DNA from: Monocercomonoides exilis PA203
Lineage: Eukaryota > Protista > Preaxostyla
Direction of reading: 5' to 3'
Assembly (NCBI GenBank): GCA_001643675.2
Contig: LSRY02000013.1
Span: 124,001 to 188,000, forward strand
DNA length: 64,000 bases
A program made the translations under genes and the position numbers. Shown one piece after another: positions 1 to 11,117 of the stretch (position 1 is its first letter; each line of letters starts with the position of its first letter). A model generated the notes under the pieces. It was not told where the DNA came from, searched no databases, and was given only the letters and a program-made list of their open reading frames with translations.

Positions 1-1979
1 ATTGGCTATGATTCGAAAAAAAATTATCAAACACTTTCAAAAAGACGAAAAACTGAAAAAGGAAAATAAACAAAAAAATTATATAAAACATGCAAATTTA
101 TTGGCTCGTCTTCTCTTCGATAACAATTCATTTTCAAAAGAACAAAGGAAATTTCAAAGCAAAATTCGTTGGATTTCGTGACAATATTATAACATAAATT
201 AATTAATTTATAAATAAAACAAAATATAATAAAATTTAAAATAATATAAAGCAAAACAGAAAGTAACCTCGCTTGTCGAATTGTTTTTTGACATCTCATT
301 AAGTTTAGAATGCTTTGAAAAAAAACTTTTGTTCCTTTTTTTGAATAATTAATATTTTAATGGTATTCATTTCATTTTAACTTGCAGAAACAAGTTTGGA
401 ATTAGAACTTTCAACCCTATTGATAAGAAAGTTTAATAATTGTCGAATTAGAACAATATTCCATCTTCCGTTTTTATGCAACAGAAAAAAACTGAATATT
501 ATTTACCCACTTTGGGAAATTTGCATATAGCGTCCAATCTGATATTTGTTATCTGGAAGAATTATCAACTCAAAATATATTTTTTGATATATGAAAAGAT
601 TCACATATTGGAGATTATTTTCGAAATCAAAATTTTATTCGGTGTTCTTATTTTTCAAATGTTTTATTTCTTCTGCGAGGAATCTTTTTTTCTAAAGTCA
701 AAATTCAAGACACTTGTTAAAAATGACGATGATTTAAAATATAGGGGAAAATACGGACTTATAAGCTTTTTTTCACAAGGCATAGAAAAATTGCTTCGAT
801 CATAACTTAATTTCGCTTTCTCAGATTACAAAATAAATTTGATTTTCATATCCGCAAACAAGCATCGTTGAAATCAAAACACAAAGTTTTCCAACATTTC
901 ACGAATGTCAAAAAATGGATCCAATTTTAATGTGTTTTTTGAATTCAAAAAGTCAATGAAAAGTGCATAATTTTTCAATGAAAATACCTGAAGTTAAATA
1001 TTTTGTCCCATACATTTATGAAAAACAATTTTTGTGAAAGGAGAAATAACTTTGCAATGTTCCTTTATTAGTTTTCTTAGTGAATTCTCAAACAGAAAAA
1101 TTTGATAGAAAATACACAAATTCAAAAAAAATCATCCATATACTTCTCATTTTTGATTATCATCTCAACTTTTCTCAGGATTAATCCAATTTCATCTTTT
1201 CACATCTCATTAAACAACGAACATGTGCGGCTAATTTGAAAATAAGATATAAATAGGAATATTATTTCTGTGAACAAAGAGGAGTTTTCAGTGATGTTTT
1301 CCTATTCACCGGTAGCTCCGCTTCAATCGCTCGCAACTTCGGTTATCATGAAATTCGGTTGCAAGAAGATCTTTGGTGAAACAGATGTGAATACGTTGAC
1401 GTCGATCCATTATTTCTTTGACCCTTCTCTGCAGATATGGTGATTGCTGCAGTCAAGGCGAATTGAAGTTAAGCTGGATGAAAAAGAAAGGAGGTGAGAG
1501 AGAGAAAGAGAGAGAGAGAGAGAGGTTGCATAGTGTAAAGAAAAGGAAATTACATGGAAGAGGCTGAAAGCTGCCTGGTTGAGGATGGAGGATATAACAA
1601 TGTCATATGAAGCGATTGAGTTGGATGTACTTGAGAAGCGAGAAGAATTGAAGAAATGGAATGACGAAGAGAAAGAGGAGAAAGAAAATGAAAACACGAA
1701 GTTTATTATTAAATAATATGAAGGAAAAAAGAAGAAAGTGAAAAAAATGCATGTAGTGGAGAAGCTGTGCATGGAAGCCGATAGTTTCATTTTGACTTAA
1801 TGAAAGAAGGGTTTTTTGAAACAGCACTGCAGTGGAATGAATAGGAAAAGATGGAAAAGAAGAAAAAGATGAAATTGAATACGCCAAATAACTCATGTAT
1901 TTTTAAGAAAGAAAAAAAAGAATAAGTGACAAATGGTCCAAATTTTGAGATCGATGTCAACAGAGATTTCACAATTCTT

Positions 1980-2870
1980 TATTCTTTTTGTTGGAGTTGT
2001 TGAATCACACTGGTTGAATGGAGTCATGTTGTCACATTTCTATTGAAAAACATATAATCACCTCTTCTATTTGAGGCTGTATGAAATGAAGAACCAGAAT
2101 GTGATGAATTACATGCTATTCATCCTATTAAAAGCAAAATGATAATAATTAACAACTCCTCCATAAGTTGAAGAAGAAAAGATTTTGTTATTAGTAAGCT
2201 GGCACTCATTAATTGAAAACTCACTTGGTTTATTTAAAGGAGGAAAATTAATTGTGAGAGAATTAGCAGAATCTCCAAATGCATTTGAAATATGATTGCA
2301 TTTCGAACACAAAAATTGAGCATTTTGTGCCATGTTATTCACATAAAAACACCAACCACTTCCATACCAGTCTGTCACTGAACAACTTTCAACTCTGTTT
2401 TCTGAGAATGAACAACCAGAATTTGATTGTGGATAATCAACAAAGCAGCTCCACCATGCAGCGCTAAACAACTTGTGAAATTGAATTCCATGATGGTTTT
2501 TTTTTAACAAATTTCCACAATTCAATGCTCCTCCATGATCTTTGGATGAACAATTGCTTAATGAACAAAAAGTGTTTTCGAGATCTTAGTTAATGCAGTT
2601 AACTTTTAGGATTCCACCAAAATAATTTCCACCATTTTAATCATTCCATTCACACCACTCGAAGCGATGGCTGTTTGCATCAAAAGAAGTCAATCTTCCA
2701 GGTCTCAATATTTGAGATTCAGCTCCCACATGAACCACTGCGTCATTTGAAGAAGAACGAGTTTGGAAGAGAAAAAATTCATTGAAGGCAGAGAAAGATG
2801 TGGATGGACTATTGGAAGAAGTGAGGAAGGAACCATCGATCGGTTTGTGGGAATGGAGGAAGAAAGAAAA
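1980..2870 (-). pseudogene. Degenerate beta-helix / polymorphic-membrane-protein-like repeat gene remnant
   Basis: Fragments with GGA[LV]/FxxN-type motifs (SSKDHGGAL, CSFSENRV, SSTYGGVV) interrupted by stops and frameshifts; ORF 2109-2525. Confidence 0.4.
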
Positions 2871-3805
2871 TTATTCAGAAAAAAGTATTGAGATTAGAGG
2901 AAGAAAAAGAAGAAGATAAGAAATACAGTTAAAAAGCGCAAAACAGCACTCATGGCACTTTTTTTTCATTTTTTGATATTTCAAACAATTAATGCATTCA
3001 ACGCATTTCTCTTTTCCTTTCACTTTTTTTATCCAAGCAAAAAATCTCATCATCTGCTATTTTTTCAAGAAAAACAAAAAAATAAAGAGAAACATGTTTT
3101 CAACTCACAAAATTTCTTTTTTTCATTTTATCAACGCTTTTTTTGATAAAATTAAGAAATAAATCACAAAAAATAAAAAAGATTAAAACCCTATTTATTA
3201 AAACTGAATTTTTTTAAATAACATTGATTAAACTCCAATTGATTTTGAAATGAAATTATGAAAGATGAAAAAATATTCGCAAAACTTTTTCATGATGAAT
3301 CTCATCGTTGATTTGAGTGAGCTTTCTTTATTTAAAACAAATCAACTTTGTCAGAAATTAACTCACATTATTTTTGAAAAATTTTGCTTATTGAATTAAT
3401 GAAGTTAATACAAATATTATTATAGGACAGATTTAATATGTGAAAAAAAGAACATTGCCAGATTTTTCACCCTAGTCGTTTCTAACACTTTCAATTATAT
3501 TTGTGTGCGTCTTTTTTTTATTTTTTCATATTTGATTTCGCATCCTCAAAGAGATATCATATTATTTTATAAATTCATTAAAGAAAGAACATTTGCACAA
3601 TGTGCTTTGAATAAATTCCGCTTTTATCATGCGAATATCAATATTTTCTTAATAGAAATTATAAATTGAAAAACAGTTCATCATTTTGGTAAAAGTCTTT
3701 ATTCTGAACCAAAAAACTCTAAATATAGGGTCACTTGAAAAAATAAAATAAGTTTAAATTTTCATTTTTATTTATTTAACCAAAGAACTTTTCCCAATTC
3801 ATTGC

Positions 3806-4696
3806 ATGCTTGGAATTTTATTATTTATATGTGTAACATTTGAAACGAAAGGATACAAATGGAAATATTCTGATGGAATAAAATCACCAAAAATAGCAAA
3901 TAGACTTGAAGAGCTTGGACTACAAGATGTTTACATTGTCGCTCCATGGAAAGGAACGAAAGAAAGAAATGAAATTATGAAGGCGCTTGAACAAAGTAGA
4001 GTTCCCTTTGAATTATTTGAAGGAGTTAACGGAAAGCTTTTATATAAATTGTGTCAAAATGATCATCCAGATTTTAGATCGATGCTAAAACTACACAAAA
4101 ACACAACATTTACCTATGAATCAGCAAAATCATTGATGGGAAACATCACACGTCCGTATGAGGAATGTGGAATTTGGCAAAGCGAATTACAAGTGAATTT
4201 TGAAATTGTGGAAAGAGCTAGGAGAACTGGTCAAGATAAACCAGTTCTTCTGATTCAGTCTCACAGTCCTAACAGACGTCGTCCAATTGATGAAATTATT
4301 TCAGAAATGAATAAGTTGCCTGAAGAGTGGGATATATTTGCTTTAGGAGGTTATCCAAATCCATGCAAAGAAAACATTGAAGGAACAAAAACATGCGAAT
4401 TTTTGCTTGCTGAAAGAACTCGAACGATGATTGTGAATGGGCAAAAAGGAGCTCAAAAACTGATTTCTGTGTATAATACGGCAACAGTACAAAATGTAGA
4501 AGTGTCAATTTCGCTTTTTATGCCATATAAAATTCGTATGTTTGGATATAAATTTACTCCAGAACCTCCAATAATTTCGGCCTCAACTTTGAATTTTAAA
4601 ATTATTTTTGGTGTAATCTTCCTTATTTTAATTTCACTTTTTGCTATTTGGAAGATGCAGCGTACAAAAAAGGATCCAAACATCCTTGCGCATTAA
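3806..4696 (+). CDS. Intronless GT25-like glycosyltransferase homologue with N-terminal signal peptide and C-terminal TM helix; catalytic motifs degenerate
   Basis: VYIV..ERNEIM..FELFEGVNG, EECGIWQSE and LPEEWDIFALG follow GT25 spacing; hydrophobic IIFGVIFLILISLFAIW followed by a basic tail. Confidence 0.6.
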   Translation: MLGILLFICVTFETKGYKWKYSDGIKSPKIANRLEELGLQDVYIVAPWKGTKERNEIMKALEQSRVPFELFEGVNGKLLYKLCQNDHPDFRSMLKLHKNTTFTYESAKSLMGNITRPYEECGIWQSELQVNFEIVERARRTGQDKPVLLIQSHSPNRRRPIDEIISEMNKLPEEWDIFALGGYPNPCKENIEGTKTCEFLLAERTRTMIVNGQKGAQKLISVYNTATVQNVEVSISLFMPYKIRMFGYKFTPEPPIISASTLNFKIIFGVIFLILISLFAIWKMQRTKKDPNILAH

Positions 4697-4982
4697 ATTA
4701 AGAGCAAGTCATCTCAACTATCTTATTATCTTATGTCGTTTCAAAGCCATTTTAACTTTTCGATTTATATTTCTGTATATTCAACACTTTGTGTATTTTT
4801 ATTTATTTCTTTTCCTCAAAAGAAATCGATTGATTTCTTCAGTTATTAGCCACTTCAGAAAACAAACAGTTATGCTATTCTCTTTTATTATTTCTCTCAC
4901 ATTAACTAAAAAGTGAAGCTTATTTTTGTGAAATGACAAATTTTAATTTATTGAAAACAAAACATTGAAATGAGTAAATGTG

Positions 4983-5661
4983 TTATATCTTCTTTATGAG
5001 AAGATATATTTCATCGTCTTGGACGATTTTCTCCAAATGAGGTGCCAATCCCTTCAAATTTTAAGAAAAATAACAAATAGTTCGTTAATAAATTCAAAAA
5101 CTTCAGATAAATAACATACAACAAGCTCCATTAAAAGACCCCCAAATGATGCATATAAAACCCTAAATTCGTCATCGGAAAGAAATTGATAATTAACAAA
5201 TACTATGAAAAAGCAAATATTTAATTATTCAAACAATTTATCTGGTTTTTCAAATTCTTCTTTAAACACTGTTCCACTCATTACATAGTCGTATGAAGGT
5301 ATAAGAGATTCATCTGTGATCGGAGAAATTGCAAGAGAAAAACTTTGGCCAAGTGGAAGATTGTAAATATCACAGTTGTAGTCAAGACGAAGCCTAAAAT
5401 CAAAAGAATCACTTTTTGCCTCTATTCTGGAAACTATTTTGAACATAACAAAATCGTTAAAATTTGAAAATATTGTTTACAAATAAAAAAAAAAAAAAAA
5501 AAGAAAAAAAACCAAAAAAAAAAACAAATAAATAACAATTGCCATCACAAAAATAAATGAAATAAATCAACAAATAAAGGAGTACCAGATTTAAATCTTT
5601 TCCCTTCTGAATCAACAGCAGTAACTAAAAAAATATCAGAAATAATAGCTCTTGTTGACAT
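4983..5661 (-). CDS. RPB8: RNA polymerase I/II/III shared subunit RPB8 (4 exons)
   Basis: Spliced product MSTRAIISDIFLVTAVDSEGKRFKSVSRIEAKS..YDYVMSG..YASFGGLLMELV..DEIYLLIKKI*; three GT-AG introns in compatible phases. Confidence 0.93.
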
Positions 5662-6286
5662 TTCTGATCTTACCCATTGCTTTTTAATTTTCTTGATGAA
5701 TTGAAAAAACACAATATTTGTCGTTTAATGAATTTTGTTCCTCGCAAAATGTTCGAAAAAATTTTCTCTTTAAAAAATTTCATAATTATTATTTTGTCTG
5801 AAAATGAATGACTTTTTTTAATTAGATGGAAAAATAAAAATTGATACAGATCTTTGTTTGAAAAACCTTTACGCAAGAATAATTCCCAATTACTTTTATA
5901 ATTAATTTTATTTCCGTTTTCAAAACGTTGATCTGCATTATCCGCAAAAAGAAGAAACGGAGCATCCATAAAAAATATTGAATTCACATTCATTTATTTT
6001 GAATAAATTCATTTCGAAGCATTGTTTATTTAATGAATATTGAAAATTGAAAAATAAATATCGACATTATTTTATTTCATTTCATTGGAGCAATAACCGT
6101 GTTCAATTCATTTTGTATTTTTTTAAGATGAAACAAAAGTGTGGTATAATCAATAAGATAATCACAGCATAAGATATGGAATATTTTGTAGTTGCATTGA
6201 TGCATTTGTAAGAAAGATCTTTGGACAATCCAATCGTTTCTGACCAAATCAGTCAATGAATCAAAATATTAAAAAAAGGAAAAAGA

Positions 6287-6545
6287 AGATGCTCCTACCT
6301 GGATTCGAACCAGGATTACAGGATTCAAAGTCCTAGGTGCTAACCATTACACTATAGGAGCTTCGTCTCGAAACTTTCCAATCTTTTTTATTTACCGATT
6401 TCTTAAATTCTCTTTAAAATTTCCCATTTTCTGTTAATCGTGAAGGTTAGAGAGTGAATGGTATCTTCAAAATTTCACTTTTGTTTTTTTTTTTCCGGAT
6501 CGGACATGTGTCGGGTTATTGATGGTTGTCTGGATTTTTTTTTCT
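6287..6545 (-). repeat. Left arm of ~260-bp inverted repeat (tRNA-Gln plus ~185-bp 5' flank)
   Basis: Reverse complement matches 10690-10949; tRNA identical, flank carries scattered substitutions. Confidence 0.9.
6290..6361 (-). tRNA. tRNA-Gln(TTG), copy 1
   Basis: 72-nt cloverleaf: GCTCCTA/TAGGAGC acceptor stem, anticodon loop CT-TTG-AA, GGTTCGAATCC T-arm. Confidence 0.96.
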
Positions 6546-6849
6546 TTGAAAGTTTGTGAAGTAAATTGAAATAAGCTTAAAATTTTCATTTTTCTAGATG
6601 TTATAATTTTGAGGAAAGTCATAAATTGTGCTACATAAAAAATTTTGTTTATTAAAAGTGAAGATTATTATCTCTTTTAAAGCTGCAATAATCTATCTTT
6701 TTCTTTTTTTCGAATGCAATACCTTTACAAATGGTTGAGGAAACGATGCATTCTTTAATAGCAGTAGCATCATTCAGTCTCCGTTTGAAAATTGTGGATC
6801 AATAACTCAAACAAAAGAGTATGGAACAAAAATACTGCTGATAACTCCG

Positions 6850-7760
6850 AGTACAAAAGATGCTCTATCTCTTCTTATCTCTCCTCATTCTTCCATTAAA
6901 ATGCTTTTCTCTCTTCCTTCACTTTTCCAAGCATTCTTCACTTTCTTCTTCTTCCTCTTCTTTCTCCTCACCTTTTCTATTTCCTTTTTTATCATCTGAA
7001 TTTTCCATTATCCACTCAATTTCATTTCCATTTATCGTATGCTCTGAATTCAGTCTTCTTTTTATTTCTCTTTTCTTTCGTTTTTCAATCAATAATCTTT
7101 TTCTTCTTTTCCTTTTCTTCTCATTTTTTCTTGTTTCTTTCCTTCAAAAATTCCCTTCTTTATTTATCTTTAATCTCTGATTCACATGCAAACAAGTTAA
7201 GTGCAACAGAATAAAAGAAGTGGATGATGATGACTACAACAAAATGGAAGTTGTGTGATGTGATGTTATTATTTTGGAATAGGAAGAAGAAGATGATAAA
7301 TAAATGGATTGAATAAGATGTTGGCGGTTGAGAGTTATCGAGGTGGATGATGACAAATATAAACCGTAAAGAAAGGCGAAATCCTTTCTTCTTGTTTTCT
7401 TCTTCCATTTTTGAGTCCTTCTGGCAAACGTTTCCTCCAAATCCTTCATACATTTAGCAAAACTCTCTCCTTCTTGCCAATAAAAAATAAGAAACATATG
7501 ACAATTCATCTTTCTGTTTCTCTCTTCTTTATTTTCCATTTTTTGTTCGCTTCTTTCACTCAAATCATCTTTCTTCTAAAAAAACTATTCTTCCCCAAAA
7601 CTCAACACAATTCATTCTAACACAGTCCGGTTCTCCTTCGGCGTGTGCGTTTTGCCCAACATTCGCTTTCCCTTTCTGACAATTCCTCGATATTTTTCTT
7701 TTCTTCCCAGATAGAATTCTTCTTCTCTCATAAAATTTATAGGTTTTTCGTTCTTTCAAC
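6850..7760 (-). pseudogene. Degenerate Glu/Lys-rich coding remnant
   Basis: Purine-rich minus strand with short broken E/K-rich ORFs (7160-7453, 7234-7563, 7565-7759); no coherent gene model. Confidence 0.25.
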
Positions 7761-8892
7761 AGCCTAAACTATTAAATTACACAACGTCAATAAAAAAATG
7801 GAAGCAGACCTTCAAAATCTGTTTTAAATCCATTTTCAACCCTAATTCTTTTGATATTGTTAATTTTCCTCAAACAAAAATTCGTTATTCCCCAATTTCC
7901 AACATCTTTGCAAGAGGATCCGATAGCCGTCCTTTTAAACATTCTTTTTTACGTCTAAGGAGTCGATTTCTGACTTAACGATGTAAAGAAAGACTTTTAT
8001 AATATTTTTCAATTCCATCGCGTATTGTCAGAATGCTAAACAGAATCCAACACCCACGAAATCCCTTTCTCTTGCACACTGGATACGGCACCAATCATCC
8101 TCACTCGAAATTCTGCCCTGAAAGGTTAAGATTGGCCTTAAAAGCAATTTGTCAGATTCTTGTAAAAAAAAGGTGAATATGGAAATATCATCATAATAAA
8201 TGGTTATAATAATAAATACAAACAAGCATATATTTTCATTTTTTAAAATTAAATTGTTGTTATTCCGTGATCATCCAAATATAAAAATCTTCAATCAAAA
8301 TTCCAAAACAAACGAATCGTTATCATTATCTCGCGCTCCCACAGGAAAAGATGTTGTTAATTTTGTTTCGCAAATATCTCATTTAACAAGGAATATGGAA
8401 CGAAATTTATTGCTTTATGAATTTTGTTTCACGTCGTTCTTTCAAACATTTTCCTCGACTTTTTGATATTTCTATATTTAATATTGCACGGTCATGTCAG
8501 AATTATTATTAATGAATTTTTGAAAAATTTTGGAACAAATCGTAAAAAAATTTCATAAATTCAAGAATTCTGTCTCATATTTTCGCTTTTTTGAAAACTA
8601 TTCGATCAAAGATTCCATTTTAACAAACAGTAATTAGTTATTCGTTTTTTATCTTTGTAATATTTTGCCAAAGATTAATAAATAGCAATGACTGTGTGAA
8701 AGCTAATATTTTTATTTCCGTTTTGAGTAATTATTTTTCATTAATTTCTTCTAATTAAACATGTGCTCATTAAATAAAAATGACAAAATATTGTTGTTTT
8801 CTGAATACAATATTCTTATTAAAAAATACAGGATATGATCGTAATAGAAAAATTCACAGGTCAACAGTTGTTGTTACATTTATATTCTTTTT

Positions 8893-10243
8893 ATGACGAT
8901 TTTTTCAATTTTTTTTGAAGAATTGTTTTCTGAACTGGAAGATTGTGATGAAATTGAACAGGAAAAGAAAATCCTTGAAATGAATGAAATGATACAGAAT
9001 ATGAATAAAGATGAATTTAAATCTGTTTTCACAAAAGAACTATTTGACAAAATCAACAACAGGATTGAAGAAAAGAAACTTTCAATTGAAAATACGATTT
9101 TATTACTGAAGAGTGTTGGATATTGCAATGATCTGAAAAGTATTTGGATTTATTGTTTCAAAGAATCTTCGTTGAACGCAAGACTTGAAGAGATGATTAT
9201 TGATGAAAATGAGAAGAAAGATGAAATAAATGAAAAATTTCTTGTTGGCCTTTGCGAATGCTATCTTTTGCTTAACGAGGAGCTTTCGTATGAAGTGCTT
9301 TCTATTTGTATTCACTGCCTTCTGAAAGCCGCATCAGACAAAGAGAAAAAGAAAGAAATTCAAAAAGACGTGGAAATAGCTTTATTAGCATTGAGTAACA
9401 TATACGAATATTATGTATGAAAATCAAAACTTCATTTATGATGATTTTGGATTTCTTTCGATTTTTTATAAGGAAGTTGAAAGAGAACTGTATTTGAATG
9501 AAATCAAAGAAATCATCAAATATCACCAAAAACATCACAACCTGACACGGCTTGCGTATCAGTCAGCGTGGCAGTTTTTGATAATCCGATTGTTCAGCAA
9601 CCGATCTTTGGAAGGTACAATTGCAAATGAGTTGCATTTTATCAGAGAAACAAGAAGAGAATTGGAAGAGCTGAAATGTTGTGTGGACTGGAAAAAGAAA
9701 GAAAAGCAAAAAAGAAGAGGAGAAAAAGAAGGGAAAGAAGAATACGTTTTAATAAGATGGCTTCAAAGTTTGGATCATTATTTTCGCTTTTGCCAATCGA
9801 AAACTGCAGAACATTCTGAGCTTATTGGAATCATCACTCAGTTATTTCGAGCAGCAACTGATAATCACAAATATATTAGCGCGCGTTGCCTTTATTTACT
9901 TAGAAGAGCAGCAGATGATGGAGCTCTGGAGGTTGAAGACATATTGAAAGGAGGAGCTATTGATGCTACTTTGGAAGGGATAAGTCAGCCCACATTTAAT
10001 AACAGAATTAAATATGAAAGCTTGGTCTTTTTTACGCATTTTTCAAGGAAATTGAAAGAAGAGGGAAAAGATGAAGTGGAAGAAGCGAAAAGAAAGTTAA
10101 TAAAGAGGAGAGTGTTCGAAAAGATGGAAGAAGAAGGATACGAAGATATCATCGCAAGCTTTCATAAAAAATTGCATTTTCTTAGCAGTAGGTTTTATTA
10201 TGGATTATCGTTGAATATTTCTGATTATTTTGTGTATGCTTGA
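8893..10243 (+). CDS. Member of a lineage-specific expanded alpha-helical protein family (~430 aa, 2 exons)
   Basis: ORFs 8893-9420 and 9413-10243 join in phase 0 via a 58-nt GTATG..TAAG intron (9415-9472): ALSNIYEYY|EVERELYLNEIKEII; motifs LCECYLLL, HNLTRLAYQSAWQFL, EKMEEEGYED recalled from a multicopy Monocercomonoides family. Confidence 0.8.
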
Positions 10244-10284
10244 GGAAATGAGGTTATTTTCATTTTGTTTCTCTGAATTTCATT

Positions 10285-10410
10285 TTTTTCTTTTCTTTTC
10301 TTTTCTTTTCTTTTCTTTTCTTTTCTTTTTCTTTTCTTTTCTTTTCTTTTCTTTTCTTTTCTTTTCTTTTCTTTTCTTTTCTTTTCTTTTCTTTTCTTTT
10401 CTTTTCTTTT
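10285..10410 (+). repeat. (TTTTC)n microsatellite
   Basis: About 25 near-perfect pentamer units just downstream of the family gene. Confidence 0.95.
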
Positions 10411-10640
10411 TGTTTTTATGTTAAGAAATCGAAGGATATCCTTTTTTCAATGCACGAAATTGTTTTTGGATCTTGAATAGAGGAAAAGTGCAAATGAAAC
10501 ATAATAGAGAAATTACCCATCGACACTGACTGATGGAGCTGCACGGTTTTCAATCATCTGTATAGTTTTATAACTTTTGAATTGCTTTTTTTTTGAAAAC
10601 CCGAATTGTGATTAAAAATATAAACAATTTCTGTTACTAT

Positions 10641-10642
<2 letters not shown>

Positions 10643-10699
<57 letters not shown>
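10643..10699 (+). repeat. Poly(A) tract, ~57 nt
   Basis: Uninterrupted A run abutting the right inverted-repeat arm. Confidence 0.95.
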
Positions 10700-10702
<3 letters not shown>

Positions 10703-10949
10703 AGCCAACCATCAATAACCCAATACATGTCCAATCCGAAAAAGAAAAAAAACAAAAGTGAAATTTTGAAGATTCCATTCACTCTCTAACCTTCACGATT
10801 TACAGAAAATGGGAATAATTTTTTAGAATTTAAAAAATCGGTAAATAAAAAAGATTGGAAAGTTTCGAGATGTAGCTCCTATAGTGTAATGGTTAGCACC
10901 TAGGACTTTGAATCCTGTAATCCTGGTTCGAATCCAGGTAGGAGCATCT
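10690..10949 (+). repeat. Right arm of the tRNA-containing inverted repeat
   Basis: Matches the reverse complement of 6287-6545. Confidence 0.9.
10875..10946 (+). tRNA. tRNA-Gln(TTG), copy 2
   Basis: Identical 72-nt sequence to copy 1; followed by T-runs (Pol III terminator). Confidence 0.96.
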
Positions 10950-11117
10950 AATTTTGTTTTTTTTCATTTTGATTAATAAACAATATTGGTGCGATTCGAT
11001 GAATTCTTTTAATATTTTTCTTATCAACACATTTGCATGACTTTCTTCTGCTGCATATCAAATACAATCTTGTATTAATTGTATTTACCGTTATTATATT
11101 TTTTCTATTTTAGTTTT

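Noticed and set aside
1290-1950. GC-richer patch as a possible ncRNA
   Set aside because: Reads better as a short broken plus-strand coding fragment followed by (AG)n and E/K-rich decay; no recognisable RNA boxes.
9413-9420. Apparent frameshift/pseudogene between overlapping ORFs
   Set aside because: Resolved by a canonical 58-nt intron.
10643-10699. Poly(A) as a retroposon tail
   Set aside because: It corresponds to the short T-run at the end of the left repeat arm; no target-site duplication or RT remnant seen.
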